The notes under the pieces were generated by a model. The model had not been told where the DNA came from, did not search any database, and was given only the letters and a program-made list of their open reading frames with translations. From Eledone cirrhosa (taxonomy: Eukaryota), in the NCBI GenBank assembly GCA_964016885.1, contig OZ024741.1, forward strand, positions 35,836,001 through 35,900,000: a stretch of DNA of 64,000 nucleotides. The letters are read 5' to 3'. Positions within the stretch are counted from its first letter, which is position 1. Every line of letters starts with the position of its first letter. Made by a program: the position numbers and the translations under genes. Positions 36,417 through 50,600 of this stretch are shown here, one piece after another.

Positions 36417-39400
36417 GGAAAACCGACCGAACCGCCATCTTTTCGTATACGACCTGCGGTCAAAAAAATTTTTCCTTGTCGATACTGGCGCGTCGCTGAG
36501 TATTTGGCCAGTCAGTTATCTCAAAAAAAGCCCAGCCGAAGCAGATATAAATCTACGAGCAGTCAACCACACGGCCATTCGAACGTATGGGCAAATTTCG
36601 CTTCCTCTTTGGTTAAAAAATTTGCGGCGTGATTTGAGGTGGAAGTTTACTGTCGCCGACTTGCCATACGCCATTTTGGGAGCGGATTTTCTCCACCATT
36701 TTTCCTTGTTGGTGGACATTCGCAGACAACGCCTTGTTGATGCTGAAACAGGCCTTTCTTTCGAGGGTTCAGAGCCGGACGTCGCCACCGTCAGCCCTTC
36801 CTTTTTCTTGGCTGAAGTGGGCAACCAGTATCAAAGCCTGCTGCATTCATTCCCTCAGTTGACGCAGGGAAAGTTACGAATAACTAGCCCGGACCATGCG
36901 ATTGAACACTTCATATCCACTACAGGTCCACCTGTTTTCTCACGTCCTCGAAGATTGTCTACAGAGAAGTTGAAAGCTGCACGTCTTGAATTCGACCACA
37001 TGCTGGAATTGGGAATAATTCGGCGCTCCACAAGTCCTTGGGCATCGCCTCTGCATATGGTACCTAGATCTTCTGGGGATTGGAGACCGACGGGTGACTA
37101 CCGACGCTTAAACGCGATTACTGTGCCTGACCGTTATCCAATCCCGCATTTGCAGGATTTTGCGTCGTCATTGCAGGGTTGCAGAATCTTTTCTAAGCTT
37201 GATTTGATCCGCGCTTATAACCAAATTCCGGTTAACGAGGAGGATATCCCAAAGACTGCTATTGCCACTCCTTTCGGATCGTTCGAGTTCCTCACTATGC
37301 CTGTCGGCCTTAGAAACGCTGCAAGTACCTTCCAACGATTTATGGATGATATTACTCGGGGCCTGGATTTTGTGTACACGTATATCGACGACGTGTTGAT
37401 TGCTAGTTCTTCCCCTCAGCAGCATTCAAAGCATCTGGATCTCGTATTTCGTCGTTTACAGATCTATAATGTTCGAATTAATGCTTCCAAGTGTGTTTTC
37501 GGCTCGACTTCACTAACATTTTTAGGCCATCTGATTGACGCCGATGGTATTCGACCTCTTCCTGAGAAGGTTAAGGCAGTATCGGATTTGCCTCCGCCAA
37601 GTTCACTGCGTCAATTGCGTCAATTCCTGGGCCTTGTAAATTTTTATAGGCGATTCGTACCTGGTTGTTCCAAATTGCTGTTCTCGTTGACAGAGATTTT
37701 TAAGGGTTGCCCGCGTAAGAATATGGACATTTCCTTAAATGAAACGCAGCTTGATGATTTTAAAAAAGTGAAAAAGGCGTTAGCGAACGCGTCTTTGCTC
37801 GCCCACCCAGTACCCAACGCCGAGCTATCGCTCTGTGTTGATGCTTCGGACAGCGCCGTGGGTGCAGTCTTACAGCAGAAGGGTGATGGGGTACAGCAAC
37901 CACTCGAGTTCTTTTCGAGGAAGTTAAAGCCTGCAGAAACTCGCTATAGCACCTTTGGAAGGGAGCTATTAGCAATTTATTTATCAGTGAAACATTTTGC
38001 TCATGTACTTGAAGGTAGAACATTCACCATTTTCACTGATCATAAACCCTTGACGTTTGCTCTTCGAACTAAGGCAGACAAATACTCGCCCAGAGAAACG
38101 AGACATCTGGACTTCATCTCACAGTTCACGAACGACATTCAACATATTCCGGGTTCTTTGAATACAGCGGCCGATGCGCTGTCTCGCCTGCCGATCGCAT
38201 CGATTTCGTCTTCCGAGGAGATAGATTTACATCGAATGGCAGCTGCCCAACCCACTCTCGAATCGTTGGATGTTACATCGCCAGAGTTTGTACATTGCAA
38301 ACTGAAATACATTCCGATCTCAACTGCTGACGGACAGATACTGTGTGATGTTTCGTTGGACTCACCACGACCTCTAGTCCCAGTGGAACATCGACGAACT
38401 GCGTTTCTCGCTTTACATGGCATTTCTCACCCAGGAGTATCAGCCTCAGTAAAACTCATAACAGCCAGATTTTTCTGGCCTGGTATGAGACGTGACATTG
38501 CTGCTTGGTGTCGTTCCTGTGTCGCTTGCCAACAAGCGAAAGTTCATAGACATGTTAAGGCTCCTCTCGGAACCTTCACCTGCCCCGATGCAAGATTTCG
38601 TCACATTCATGTGGACATCGTCGGCCCGTGGCCGGTTAGTCGTGGTTTTTCGTATCTTTTGACGATTGTTGACCGTTTTTCGCATTGGCCTGAAGCCGTC
38701 CCTATAACAGATATCACCGCCGAAACCACAGCCCGTACCCTCGTATCTTCGTGGATCGCTCGTTTCGGTGTACCAACCACCATAACAACAGATCGTCGTC
38801 GTCAATTCGAGTCTAACCTCTTCCGAGAGCTAACCCAAATCCTGGGGGCTACTCGAATAAGAACCACGGCTTACCACCCAGCCTCAAACGGAATGGTGGA
38901 AAGATTCCACAGGCAGCTCAAAGCCTCCTTAAGGGCTTCCATGGACTCTTCACGTTGGAGCGAGTACCTACCCATTGTATTGTTGGGTATTCGGTCGACG
39001 GTAAAGGTGGACCTTGGGTTCTCCTCTGCCGAATTAGTTTATGGTACGCCTCTGGCGTTACCGGGGCAAATGCTGGCCCCTTTTGACCTGACTTCGCAGG
39101 ACCCCGCTTCCTACGTGTCCCGGCTTCACTCTTATTTCAAGGATCTACCACCGATGGGCACTAGGAAGCAGACTGTAAAAACTGCCGTCCCAAGGGATAT
39201 TGCCTTGTGGACCCATGTGTTCGTTAGAGACGACGCCGTGAGACCCCCTCTTCAACGGCCGTACTCTGGACCCTATCGTGTGCTTGCTCGCACAGACAAA
39301 CATTTCACACTGGACATTCGGGGTTCCAGGGAAACGGTTTCCGTTGATCGTCTCAAACGAGCAAACCTGGACAATGACACAATGACACTTGAAACTCAAA

Positions 39401-39528
39401 TGCCCCCCTCTTTTTCTTTGCCACACAGGCCTATTTCTTCCCCTCCCCCACCATCAACACACAGAACTACGACCCGTTCTGGGCGAAGGGTGCATTGGCC
39501 CCGTAAGCTATGCAGTAATATAAACTGA
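36373..39528 (+). CDS. pol: Pol (protease, RT, RNase H, integrase), in the -1 frame relative to gag
   Basis: Frame open from 36373; LVDTGA at about 36475-36492, SPWASP, YIDD, DASD, HHCC, D-D-E, GPY motif, terminal TRSGR; the track start at 36622 misses the protease N-terminus. Confidence 0.95.
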   Translation, partial: GKRQAEPLGAASELWENRPNRHLFVYDLRSKKFFLVDTGASLSIWPVSYLKKSPAEADINLRAVNHTAIRTYGQISLPLWLKNLRRDLRWKFTVADLPYAILGADFLHHFSLLVDIRRQRLVDAETGLSFEGSEPDVATVSPSFFLAEVGNQYQSLLHSFPQLTQGKLRITSPDHAIEHFISTTGPPVFSRPRRLSTEKLKAARLEFDHMLELGIIRRSTSPWASPLHMVPRSSGDWRPTGDYRRLNAITVPDRYPIPHLQDFASSLQGCRIFSKLDLIRAYNQIPVNEEDIPKTAIATPFGSFEFLTMPVGLRNAASTFQRFMDDITRGLDFVYTYIDDVLIASSSPQQHSKHLDLVFRRLQIYNVRINASKCVFGSTSLTFLGHLIDADGIRPLPEKVKAVSDLPPPSSLRQLRQFLGLVNFYRRFVPGCSKLLFSLTEIFKGCPRKNMDISLNETQLDDFKKVKKALANASLLAHPVPNAELSLCVDASDSAVGAVLQQKGDGVQQPLEFFSRKLKPAETRYSTFGRELLAIYLSVKHFAHVLEGRTFTIFTDHKPLTFALRTKADKYSPRETRHLDFISQFTNDIQHIPGSLNTAADALSRLPIASISSSEEIDLHRMAAAQPTLESLDVTSPEFVHCKLKYIPISTADGQILCDVSLDSPRPLVPVEHRRTAFLALHGISHPGVSASVKLITARFFWPGMRRDIAAWCRSCVACQQAKVHRHVKAPLGTFTCPDARFRHIHVDIVGPWPVSRGFSYLLTIVDRFSHWPEAVPITDITAETTARTLVSSWIARFGVPTTITTDRRRQFESNLFRELTQILGATRIRTTAYHPASNGMVERFHRQLKASLRASMDSSRWSEYLPIVLLGIRSTVKVDLGFSSAELVYGTPLALPGQMLAPFDLTSQDPASYVSRLHSYFKDLPPMGTRKQTVKTAVPRDIALWTHVFVRDDAVRPPLQRPYSGPYRVLARTDKHFTLDIRGSRETVSVDRLKRANLDNDTMTLETQMPPSFSLPHRPISSPPPPSTHRTTTRSGRRVHWPRKLCSNIN

Positions 39529-40003
39529 ATTGTATTTTTTTTTTTTTTTGTTTGTTTTGTTTTGTTATTTTTTTCCTTCCAATTGTTTTTATTGTACATT
39601 GCATTTTGTTACCTTTGGATTCTTGACTGCCTACGGCAGTGTCAATATATTATATTTTGCGTAACATTACGACTGTTGTCAATTCTGACACAGTCCCTTT
39701 TTTTTTAGTGCATTTTTATAACTATGCTACATATGGCATTTTCATTGCCTAGCAAAACATTTTTTTTCTTGTTTATCGCATCCGGGGCCCCTTTATTGCG
39801 AAGAGTGTTATCTTTTCATGCATTTTGCATCTTTTACTGTACGTTTTTTTTTTTGTTTTGTCTGCGTTAATGCTTGCAAACATGAACCTATTTATTATTT
39901 TTTTTTTTAATTTTGAATTTGTTGATACATCCTTCTACATTTTGTAAACTACCTTCGCTTCATTGTTAACGATTTTGCGACAAAAAATCTGCTCCGAGGT
40001 GAA

Positions 40004-40267
40004 TGTAGTGGCTGAGATGGTCGCTTGGTAGCTAGCAGTTGCCTCCCCTTAACAACCCTTCAGGGAAGGGAGGTAAAAATACACCCGGACACAGCCACAG
40101 GTTCACACACTCTTTTTGGACCACGGACATGAACAGACGTGGAAAGACCCGCTCCTCAAAATATTGACGTTGTAGGAAATTTACTAAATTATTGCATTAA
40201 ATAAAATGATTGTTAGACTTGATTGTGCATTTATTTATTCGACAAAGAGAAACATCACTTTTCTTTA
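40004..40267 (+). repeat. 3' LTR
   Basis: Direct repeat of 34812-35075. Confidence 0.95.
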
Positions 40268-42176
40268 TATATATATAATCATCATTGCCATATGTTTAAA
40301 AGGGTTAATCTGCCTAATCCTGTTTTCATGTGGTTTTAGGAAGATTAACCCTTCCATTATCATAATTCTAATGAAATACATCACCTATATGTGTCAATTA
40401 ATTTTGAAAATAATAAAGAATTTAGGAAAATTTGATAAAACATTTTCATTAGCAAGCTGATGTTTGGGACATTACTTAAATATTTCTTAAATACAACTAT
40501 GGTGGAATGTTTTCATATAAGCACATGTTTTAAAATGGTTACTTTTGTATCATAAACCAGGGCAGTTTTGTATCAAAAGGGCTAAATATTAAATAAGAAT
40601 TTGCTTATTCTCATTAGTACAGTTTTAGAGGGGGCATTTGTCACTGATTTAGAAAATAGATTCCAATTGAAAGCTAATAAAAATTGTACTGTAAGAATCT
40701 AGGTGAACATCTGACCTAGATGATAGGTTAAAATGCCAAGCATCATAAACACACCATCTCAATTTCATATACATTGCACACACAAAAAAATTCATCATAA
40801 TAAACAATACAAATAAACTAAAAGTGATTTATTTGAAAGACAATTCAAACATTTAGTCAAAACAATGAAAACATACCAGTTATTTACAAATATTTCTAAA
40901 CTAGTCTAGCCTTCCAAACATTGTATTTTTTTTTTTATTACAAACTACAAAACTATAAATTATTTGTGACTAGGACATGACAACCTGCCTAGTACTTGTT
41001 CCATGATAAAATACACCCAGTAAGCTTTGTAATATGGTTGGCATTAGGAAAGAAATCCAGTTATAGAAACTATGCCAAACATAAAGAGAGTTATGTTAGG
41101 CAGACATGGACCTTCAACAGTCTAAGAGGACAGTAGCTTTGATTAAGTACTTGACTTGGTCTGCAATGACCCATCTCACCCATACTAACAAGGAAAATGG
41201 ATTGATGATGATCTTGATGATGAAAGCTTTTATGTGGTCACTTGGTCTGCTAGCTATAGCAAGCCATATCTCCCTCATATCACATCCTATTGGGTTAACC
41301 CTTTCATTGATAGATTTCTAATGAAATACATTGTATTTCAGTTAATTAGTAAATAATTTTGAAGGATTACGATGATAGTATTTGTAATAAATGCTTCTTA
41401 AATAAAGACATGTTAATTTTTTTTTGTAAATAGAAACCCTTTAAAATGTGTGATTTTGTTTCATAAAGCCAGAAGAAGTTTTGGGTGGATTGGCATCAAA
41501 AGGAGTAATAGAGGAAAGACATGTTAAATAACAATCATGTACGCCCACTGCTTCACAGAAAGATGGAATGACCAGGGTATGAATTTATAGTTTAAAAAAT
41601 GTTACCTTCATCCTCTACAAAGCATTGTGTACTTAAGATTTATTTTAGGAAAAATTAGCATGTTCAACATAAGGAAATATGGTAATTCTAGATCAGGAAT
41701 CATGCAAATGTTGAGACTATGGATGCCTTAATGGAATCCTTGACCCTGCCTCATCAACCAAAATAAATAATACCAAAATAAATAATACCAAAATATACCA
41801 AAATAAATAAGCAAATAAACAGTAAAAACTAATTATGCATAAATCAGAAAAATGTATAAGAATACAACTGGCAGGTTCAATCACTCCTTGGGGATCAATA
41901 TCAACTACTTTGGGGACCTCTGTTCTAAATATATATATATATATATATATATATACAAAGATGAGAAAATCAGAGCTAGAATGCCTTTAATCATAAACCT
42001 GGTCAAACAGGTCTGTCCTAAGACCAAACAACAACAGAAGCATCAAGAACGTCAGAACTTTACTATAATCATTTAGATAAGTAATGCTAGTGTGCATAAA
42101 TGCTGAAGCACAAATGAGCTGTCACAAGCCCTAAGGCTCATCATGCTAAAATCTATCCCAGTTTCATTAGCATTAT

Positions 42177-43389
42177 CCCTTTAGCATTTAAACCAGCCAT
42201 ATCCAGCCAGAATTTTCTCACCACCTTCTGTTCGAAAACTGGCCATAACCAGCTGCTCATACTGATGTTAAGGCATTGTTATTAAAATAAATAATATCAA
42301 AATCTCATAGATTCGATATTATGTGAGACAATCAGGTGAGGTAAAACTTTTACAGTGAAAATACTATCTATACTATAAAGCTGACGACCGTATGTAAGTA
42401 ACAAACTTTCCGCCAAGCGGCTGGACCTAACGGCATCAAATTTGCACCATAGATGTAACTTTTTCCAAGTAAGAAAGTGAGGGTATTTTTGTCTACTGAA
42501 TTTTGTTAAAAGATTAAAGACATTTAAATATTCACTTCTTTAAACTTTCAAATGTCAACACTTCCGGTTATGCAACATTCCTAACGTCTTCATGAACCAA
42601 AGTATCATCTTCCTGTTTTCTTTCAGTTACAACGTTTTTCGAAATATTTACTTCTGCGTTCACAGATTGATTTTTTTAGTTTTAGAAGATCCTGTTAAGG
42701 GTGAAAGCAGCGATTCTTTGCCTAAACTTTAATCTGTTATTTTAATATATATATATAATTATACATTCGTGTACAGATATTCTTGCATACACAAAAACAA
42801 AATATAAACAAATGTATTTATTTCACGAAAGCACAGACGGCTTATCATTGTTACTGCCGATATGCCACCCAAAAGTTCTAGCCTGGCCGCAAGATTGATA
42901 CTAATTTTATAACACCAAATAAGAAGAAAGACATACCACGTATGCTAACCAACGTGACTGCTATTTCTAGCAGGTTGGGAATCAACCATAAGGGATTCTC
43001 TCTCAAGTTCGTTGTCAGTGATGATCGTGTTCCGCGGCCTATGTCTCCGATTCCAACAGTGGATTACACACACACACACACATACGCGCACACACACGAA
43101 CACAGGCACACACAGACATATATATATATACACACACACATATATATATCCTTGCAAGCAGGGAAAAAGCGGACGTAAAATGAAATGATGATACACACAC
43201 ACACGGACACACACACACACATATATACATATACACAAACACATACAAACACACACACACTGTAAACAAGACAATGCATTCAATACAGACGTTTTCTCTT
43301 CTGCCAGTCTTCTCTTATCATTTGTTAACCTTGGCGAAGCTGGGTACCTCAGCTAGTAGTAAATATAAAGTAATGTAAATGCTAAAGGG
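42177..43389. mobile_element. Family A TTAA MITE split by a Helitron
   Basis: TIRs CCCTTTAGCATTTA / TAAATGCTAAAGGG; the two halves rejoin to the consensus seen in uninterrupted copies. Confidence 0.85.
42367..43356 (+). mobile_element. Non-autonomous Helitron
   Basis: 5' TCTATACTATAAAG, 3' hairpin CCTTGGC-GAA-GCTGGG then CTAG; inserted between A and T with no TSD. Confidence 0.88.
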
Positions 43390-43517
43390 TTAAGCAACAG
43401 AGTACACAACTTCCCTTTAGAGGAAACAGTCTATTGCAGAGTAAACTCCTCACCACCACCCAACCAGCTGCTTCTAGTGTTTATTTTTCTTTTCAGCAGA
43501 GTGAACCAAAGTAAGGT

Positions 43518-43835
43518 GAAATGAAGTGTTTTGCTCAAGGACAGACTGTGCTGCCTGGTCCAAGGAAATACAGCCCACAACCTTATGATAAATGAAGTGT
43601 AGTACTCAAAGACACGGTTTGTTGCCTGGTCTAAAGAGTAGGAGGAGGGGGGGGCATTATCAAAACCACAACCTCATGATAAATGAAGTATGTTGTTCAA
43701 GAACTCAATGTGTTGCCTGATCCAGGAGGTGGGGAGGAGTCGAGCCCACGACCACATGATAAATGAAGTGTGTTGTTCAAAGACTCAATGTGCTTCCTGG
43801 TCCATGGAAGGAATTGAAACCACAACCTCATGATA
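43518..43835 (-). repeat. Tandem array of about four degenerate 65-90-bp SINE-head-like units
   Basis: Repeated AAATGAAGTG..TCAA.GAC....TG.TGCCTGGTCCA...CCACAACCTCATGAT; reverse complement resembles the B-box region of the SINE at 22293. Confidence 0.6.
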
Positions 43836-44903
43836 GATGTACTATACACTCCAATCATGAAGTATTTCTTGAGTTCACCTATATTTTCAGATAGGTTAAC
43901 AGAAGTAAACCAATACAAATGGCCTAATTGTTTGTACACCCCTGTAGTGAGTGAGTAGTCCAATTCTTTAAATTCTCACCCACTTACAGCTGCTTTAACA
44001 CTTCAACAGAAAACACCTGGCTTTACCCAGTAGTCATCAACTGAACTATGAACTAGAAATGAGGATGGAGGGGGGGGGGGGGGGGGGGTAATTCAAGAAA
44101 TAATTAAGAATAAGTGTGTTTTGTTAATATATCTTGTAACTGAAACCTATAAAAATAGACAGCATGAAAGAAAAGTCAACATCTCTCACCTAATTTCGAT
44201 ATCATTCTACATAATTCTTTTGATACTAAACCAAACTGAAACTGGCCCTGATTCTACCATTAATTTTAAAGTTTGTATATATCTAAACACCTTCCATCAT
44301 AATTTTATGTAAGAACATTTAAGTTATGCACCAAACACTAGCTTTACAATGAGAAAGTTAGTTATACTAATAAATCTATCCAAATTTTAGATTATTTTCA
44401 TTAGAAATATGGTAATAAAAAGGGTTAAATTTATGTCAGACAGATAGAGCAGACCCCTGATGAAAAGCATTTCAACTGTAACCATCCCTCATTTTTTATA
44501 AAACCAGACAGACAATGTAGACTGAGAGGAATCTATGTCAGCGTTTCCCAAACTGATTTTATGGTAGACCCTTATATTATTTTCCAACATTTTATGGACA
44601 AACCCCACCACCCAAATTTTAATATCTGATATATATTTGTGAAATGGGTGGTGGTTGAAATTCAGATGTGCATAGTTAAATGGTAGTAGACGTCGTCGGA
44701 CTGACATGAAAATTTACACACCTATGTAAAAAGTGCCAAGGAAGCAAATAGACGAGGTTTCAAATCTCTAACTTGAAAAATGTGGTTCCTAGGGCCCCAA
44801 AACTATCGCGTTCAGTGACTTATTTCCCCCTGTTCTAATACAATTTCATACAAATAAAGCAGTAAATAAAGGATTATGAGTTCATGCACTTGACTTATGT
44901 TTC

Positions 44904-44948
<45 letters not shown>

Positions 44949-47464
44949 GAAAACGCTTTAATAAAAATAAATATCAACTGTAATGTATGTATGCATGTAT
45001 TTATGTGTTTATATGAGCGGGGATATGCAAGTAAATCTTACTTTGTGGACAGCTTATCCTTAGCATAATATTCATGCTAGAACAGCATATATTTGAAAGT
45101 TTCAGGGAGTTGAATTACTGATTTTGGATCGGCAGCTTTAGCTTTGAAAAAATGAAATGTGCAGTGTAAACATTTTTTATTATTCCTCCGGGGATGAATC
45201 TTCTCTGCATTTTTCCATCTCTTTCTTTCTCTCTGGAAGAAATCAGCCGTAGTAAGACCTAAAAACAATGGTTAGATACACCATGACGCACCGTACATCA
45301 CGGTGGAGTTGAAAAGCAGACTCAGAACATGGCGTTGTGTGGGGTGGCGCGCAGCCCAATGTTCCAGGGGGAGCAAAAGAAGAAGAAGAAGAAGTGAGCT
45401 AGAGTCCTATCAAATATGTAGGTTGTGTCTTAAATTGAAGGTTTAGTATTCTATTTAAAATAACAGAATTATTTCCAGCCCCGGAGTTTAAGAATGATGT
45501 AAATAAAATTGAAAACGAAAATGACAGAGGTTATTAAAATAGTAAAAGTAAATAGGGAAGATTTAGGCCAGTACATACGTATGCCCCGACAGATACCCAC
45601 CCACACACACACACACGAACGCACACGCGTATGTATAAACCTTATGCATTTCTACAGTATTTTCACCAAACTTAAGACATAGGTTACTTATGTACTCCGG
45701 ATGGTCATGGACACTTTCATTTTTCCAGATATTTTTTTTTTTTTTTTGAGGAAATTTATTCATATACGAAAATACAGCTTGTTCAATTTTATTAAAGGAC
45801 ATGTCTTGCAGAACCCCCAGAACTTTTTTTACACAAGACACTTCGAGAAACACTGGTCTTATAATTTCAAAATTTCAATCAATCTAATTGGAGCTATCTC
45901 CTTTGATTTTGAACATCTTTAGATTTTGAACATCTCTGGAGGGAGTTTTTGCCTACCAACTGAATAATTTCAGTTGATCAAAGTTTTTCAACCTACATAT
46001 GTGAAACCCTACTGTTAGTGTATTTAATAAGCAAAATGGCATTTCTACTTAGCCCTATTGTTGCTAATCATAAGCATTGTGATACTCGTATTGATACATA
46101 TATTATACATATACTGAGTACAATGCTTTGCTGAGGAGCTCTAATTAGCCCAAAACATGTCTGTAGCTTTCCCCAATTGGCTTTAAAAACAAGAACAACT
46201 CATCTGCATTGTCTATATTGCCCAAACATTCAATCAATTTATCTTAAAGTTATCTACCTTGCTTCTTAGTTCAGATTTTAAACAGCCTTAGACAGAGGTT
46301 TGTCTATTAATTGCTATAATCATCTCAGTTGATCAACATTTTTCAACTTACTATATTACATATGTGAGATCCCACTTTATTTGTAATGTATTTGTTGGTA
46401 ACCATTTTCTCTTTTATCTACAAAACAATTTTATTCTGCTTCTTGATTTAGAATTATTCACAGGGATCTGTTGTGATGTGAATATCTGAGTCTAAATCAA
46501 GGCTGCCAAGCTAATATTAGGGTAAACCCACTCCCTCATACTAAAAGTAACATAACTTGCTATCTTCCAATTGTTATGTTTAATCTCACAAAATTCATAA
46601 AGATAGAGTGGATAAAATGTTTTGCAATATTACTTTTGGCTCTGTATTCTGAGTTCTGATCCCACTAAAGTGAACTATGCCTTTAAGTTAAGTAGTAAGG
46701 TCAATTTAATTGAGTTACTCATCCCACAAATTGCTGGCCTTCTGCCTAAAATTAGAAACCATTATTTTGAGAAAGAGTTCAAATCCCGCCGAGGTTAACT
46801 TTGCCTTTCATCCTTATGGGGTCGATAAAATAAAGTACCAGTAATGTACTGGATAATTGCTGGCCTTGTGCCAAAAGTAGAAACAATTATTTTGAGAAAG
46901 AGCAGAGCCCATGATATTTGCAAGAACCTCTAGATCGATAGATCGAAAAGGGGGTAAGAAACCATAACTGATAGGCTACTGTTAACTACTACATCAATCT
47001 TTGTAAGTAGCCATGTTTGGAGGTCAGTGGCTGCAAACGGGCAGCCAGCCTCTTTGACATTATTCACAGGGTCTGTGCTGGTCTCATATCTTGTGACAAG
47101 CCCTAAATAGAAAACTTCTTCCACCCATACCTTTTAACAAGCTGTGACACAACATAAAGGTATGCATAGTAGAAGATAGCACTGTTATGCTCACACCAGA
47201 GAATTTGTCTTAACCTTTTCATTACAAAATGTCTAATGAAAGACTGCCTATGATTTTCAAATAATTTTTTAAATAATGAATTTTTGGAGAGATTTAGTAA
47301 TATAACTAACTTTTTCATTATTAATTTGAAGTTTAGCACATAAAAGTCCTTATAGATTGGCTACTTATCAAAATCTAGAAGATTATGATGAAAAGTTTTG
47401 AGTTAAACATAAGAAACAGCTTTGTATCATAGAACCAAAAGTGGTTGGATACCAAATGGTTTAA

Positions 47465-47688
47465 CCCTTTAGCATTTAAACTGGCCGTAGCTAGCCAGAA
47501 TTCTCCCACCTCTTTCTGTTCAAACCGGCTGTAACTGGCTGTTCATACTGATGTTAAGGTATTGTTCTCAAAATAAATAACATAAAAATCTCGTAGATTT
47601 TCATAATATGTGAGATAATCATGTGAGGTAAAGCCTTTACCACAAAAATACAATAGTATATATATAGAGTAATGTAAATGCTAAAGGG
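47465..47688. mobile_element. Family A TTAA MITE
   Basis: Perfect 14-bp TIR, TTAA on both sides. Confidence 0.9.
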
Positions 47689-50600
47689 TTAATGCTTGCA
47701 AAACTATATTTCTAATGAAAGGCTGTCTATGACTTTCAAATAATTTTTATTTAGTAATCTAACTTTTTCATTATTCAGCTGGTGTTTGGGACAAAATAAA
47801 ATTGTAATTGAAGGTTTTTATCCAGATATAAACACTTTAAAATAAACAGTTTTGTATTGTAGAACCAGTGGTAGCTTCAGTCAAATTTTATCTACCATGC
47901 AAAATTTTGCCATGATTTACACTCAACCCACATTAAAATGAAAGAACTAAAATGGTAAAAGCAATTCACAATTAAAAAAACATATATTAAATAAAAGATG
48001 ATGAATTTAAATCAAATTAAAATAGCATACTAAAGAATTTGGGAAGGTGTTTTGTTTGTTTGGAAAACAAATAGTTGTGTAAAATTAATTTACACAGACA
48101 TAATGGACACTGAAATAGATTGCACTGTATTATCTGTTAATTCTTCCATGGAAGAATTGACATAAAACTGGGAAAACACGGTATGTAAAGACCAGCATGT
48201 GCTGTGAAGTGTTTTGTTATTATACAAATAATTGTGCTGTGACAAACTGGTTAAAAAATGTAATTTTCATTTCATTATTTTCCTTCAATTTTATTCATTT
48301 ATATATTTATTTATTTTCTTAATAGATTTTCGCAAAATTTGAATATTTTATCTGAGGGAGAGAGAAAACAAAGTGAAAATATTTACGCAATACAATAACG
48401 GAATAAATAAATAAATATTTTTACAATTTAATAATAAAATAAATAAATAAATGTTTTAACAATCTAATAATGGAATGGAAATGCAAAGAAAAGGAGAGAA
48501 AGCTGTTTAATTAAAGGCTGTAATAACAAACTCTAAATTTAAATAGGAAGTCCTGACGTCACCATAAGGAAAACAATTAACTCAACTAGATTTGAAGCAG
48601 TTAAGAGGTGAATATTAATCGTTTTATTAATTTAGCATCCGGAACAGTCTACTTGAGATAAATACAGTTAGTAAAAATAGATTGGAAATAAAGAGGTAGA
48701 GCTGCTAATGGAAAAATAAAATGGCTCAAAGGATTTATTTAGAGAAGAGAAAAATTGCTAGAGAAAATTATATTGTTTCCTCAGATTCTGGCATTATGAA
48801 AGATAAATTATGCTGCACAAAGTTCTATCACTAACTAACCTTATTATTGGTAACTTTTAATGGCATGACTCATGAAATTGAGACAGTATGTATTTACAGG
48901 TTCAAACGGTATAATTTTCTTGCTTGAGAGAGAGAAATAATTGTATAAGCAAAGATCAATACTACCAATATTAAGTTTACTTCAGAGCTGAACTTTCTGA
49001 TATTTCATTTCATTTTCGAAATTGGTACAAATATTTGTTAATTCTTTCATACCAACCCACCAGTTATGTTTAATTTAACATTTTCCATCATAGTTTTTAA
49101 ATAAAAGCCCTTTTGATAATAAAGATTTTGTGGAGAGAAGAGAGTCAATTATATTGACCTCAGTACTTGACTGGTATTATATTTTATCAACCTCAGAAAG
49201 GTGAAAGGCAAAAATTGACCTCAGCGGACTTTAAACTCACAAAGTTCAACACACTAAGGAATCTGCCAATACATTGCCCCTTCTTAACATCCCAATAATG
49301 AAAAGGTCAGTTATTTTATAAAATCTTTCCAAATTCTTACATATTTTCAAATTTCCTTGTAATACATGGATAGTGTCTGTCATTAGAAATATGGTAGCAA
49401 AAAGATTAAAATATTCAATAATACAAAAGTGTAACAAAAAAATGTACACGCACCACTCCTAAAAATGTTTTCATAGAAACAATCCAAGTTTCAGGTGACA
49501 CATGACAAGGTTCTCTGCCTAAGAATTGTCAAGATATTTGAGGAACAACAGAAGGTATATTTGATAAGGACTTTAGACTCCTTTAACTTATGGGTCATGA
49601 TTTTGTATGCTGTCTTCAGTACTGTTCTATCCCTCTTTAGGTAAAATGTTAGTCTTCTTACATCAATCAAGAAACCAACAAATTTACAGAATGTCAGATG
49701 GAATGCTTTGCAGTATTCTTTCCAACTCACTGTGCTCTGGGTTCAAATCCCATTACGGTCAAGTTTGCTTTTCATCCTTTCAAGGTTGATAAAATAAGTA
49801 CTAGCCCTGTACTAGTGTCAATTCTTCCTCTATGGCTCTCTCTTCCTCTCTCTCCTCTCTCCTTCTTTTGATGAAATTGCTTGTGTTCAGATTGCAAGAG
49901 GGGTAGGCCCCACCAGGTTTAAAATGCTCAAGACAACACCCCTATGACTCCATCTGGAGTTACAGGTTCATAAATACATCGACCAAATCAAATTTAAAAA
50001 GAACTCTTTGTTTGGGGTGAGTAGGAATGCCTTTAATCAAATGTCTGCTCAATCAAGGTTAACGTTGGGCTAAAAAAGAGGAACAAGCTCTTGAACAGGA
50101 ATGATCAGAGTTGTAATAACAGGCTAACAGATGGTGTTAGTTCAAAGAGAAGTTGGATAATTATAACGATAATGAACCTTGACTGATATACACATACTGG
50201 ATACTAGACTGACCCTTTTGATTAACATTTTTTAAATGTTTTTTTCACTTTTGGTCTCATGTACCTTAGGTTTACTGGGATATCCCTGAAAATGGGATCT
50301 ATGGTGAAATGAGATGTAACAAGATATATATAATTATTGGCTATACATAAATGTCTTTACAATGAAAGAAATCACAAACACAGATTTAATCTATATAATA
50401 CCACACCACCCAAAACAGCCTCTTATTCTATGATACAAATCTATTTATTTTAAATTGTGCACATGCATCTAAGAAGACTTCCATTATTTTAAAATGAACA
50501 AGTTCTATTAAATCCCTCAAAATTCTTGTTATTTTCAAAATAAATTGAAAATCATAGACAGTCTTTCATCTGAAATATGCTAATGAAAGAGTTAAACGCT

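Larger units (their letters stand above)
34812..40267 (+). mobile_element. Full-length Ty3/Gypsy LTR retrotransposon
   Basis: Paired 264-bp LTRs, PBS, gag, and pol in PR-RT-RH-IN order; TATA on both flanks. Confidence 0.97.

Noticed and set aside
43518-43835. CRISPR-like repeat/spacer appearance
   Set aside because: Units are degenerate, variable in length and resemble a SINE head; eukaryotic context with no cas genes
44539-44575. hAT-like TIR CAGCGTTTCCCAAACTG
   Set aside because: No matching opposite TIR found, so no element can be delimited
46930-47124. Possible host exon or ORF on the minus strand
   Set aside because: Acceptor-like TTTTCTATTTAG is present, but there is no recognisable protein motif or partner exon
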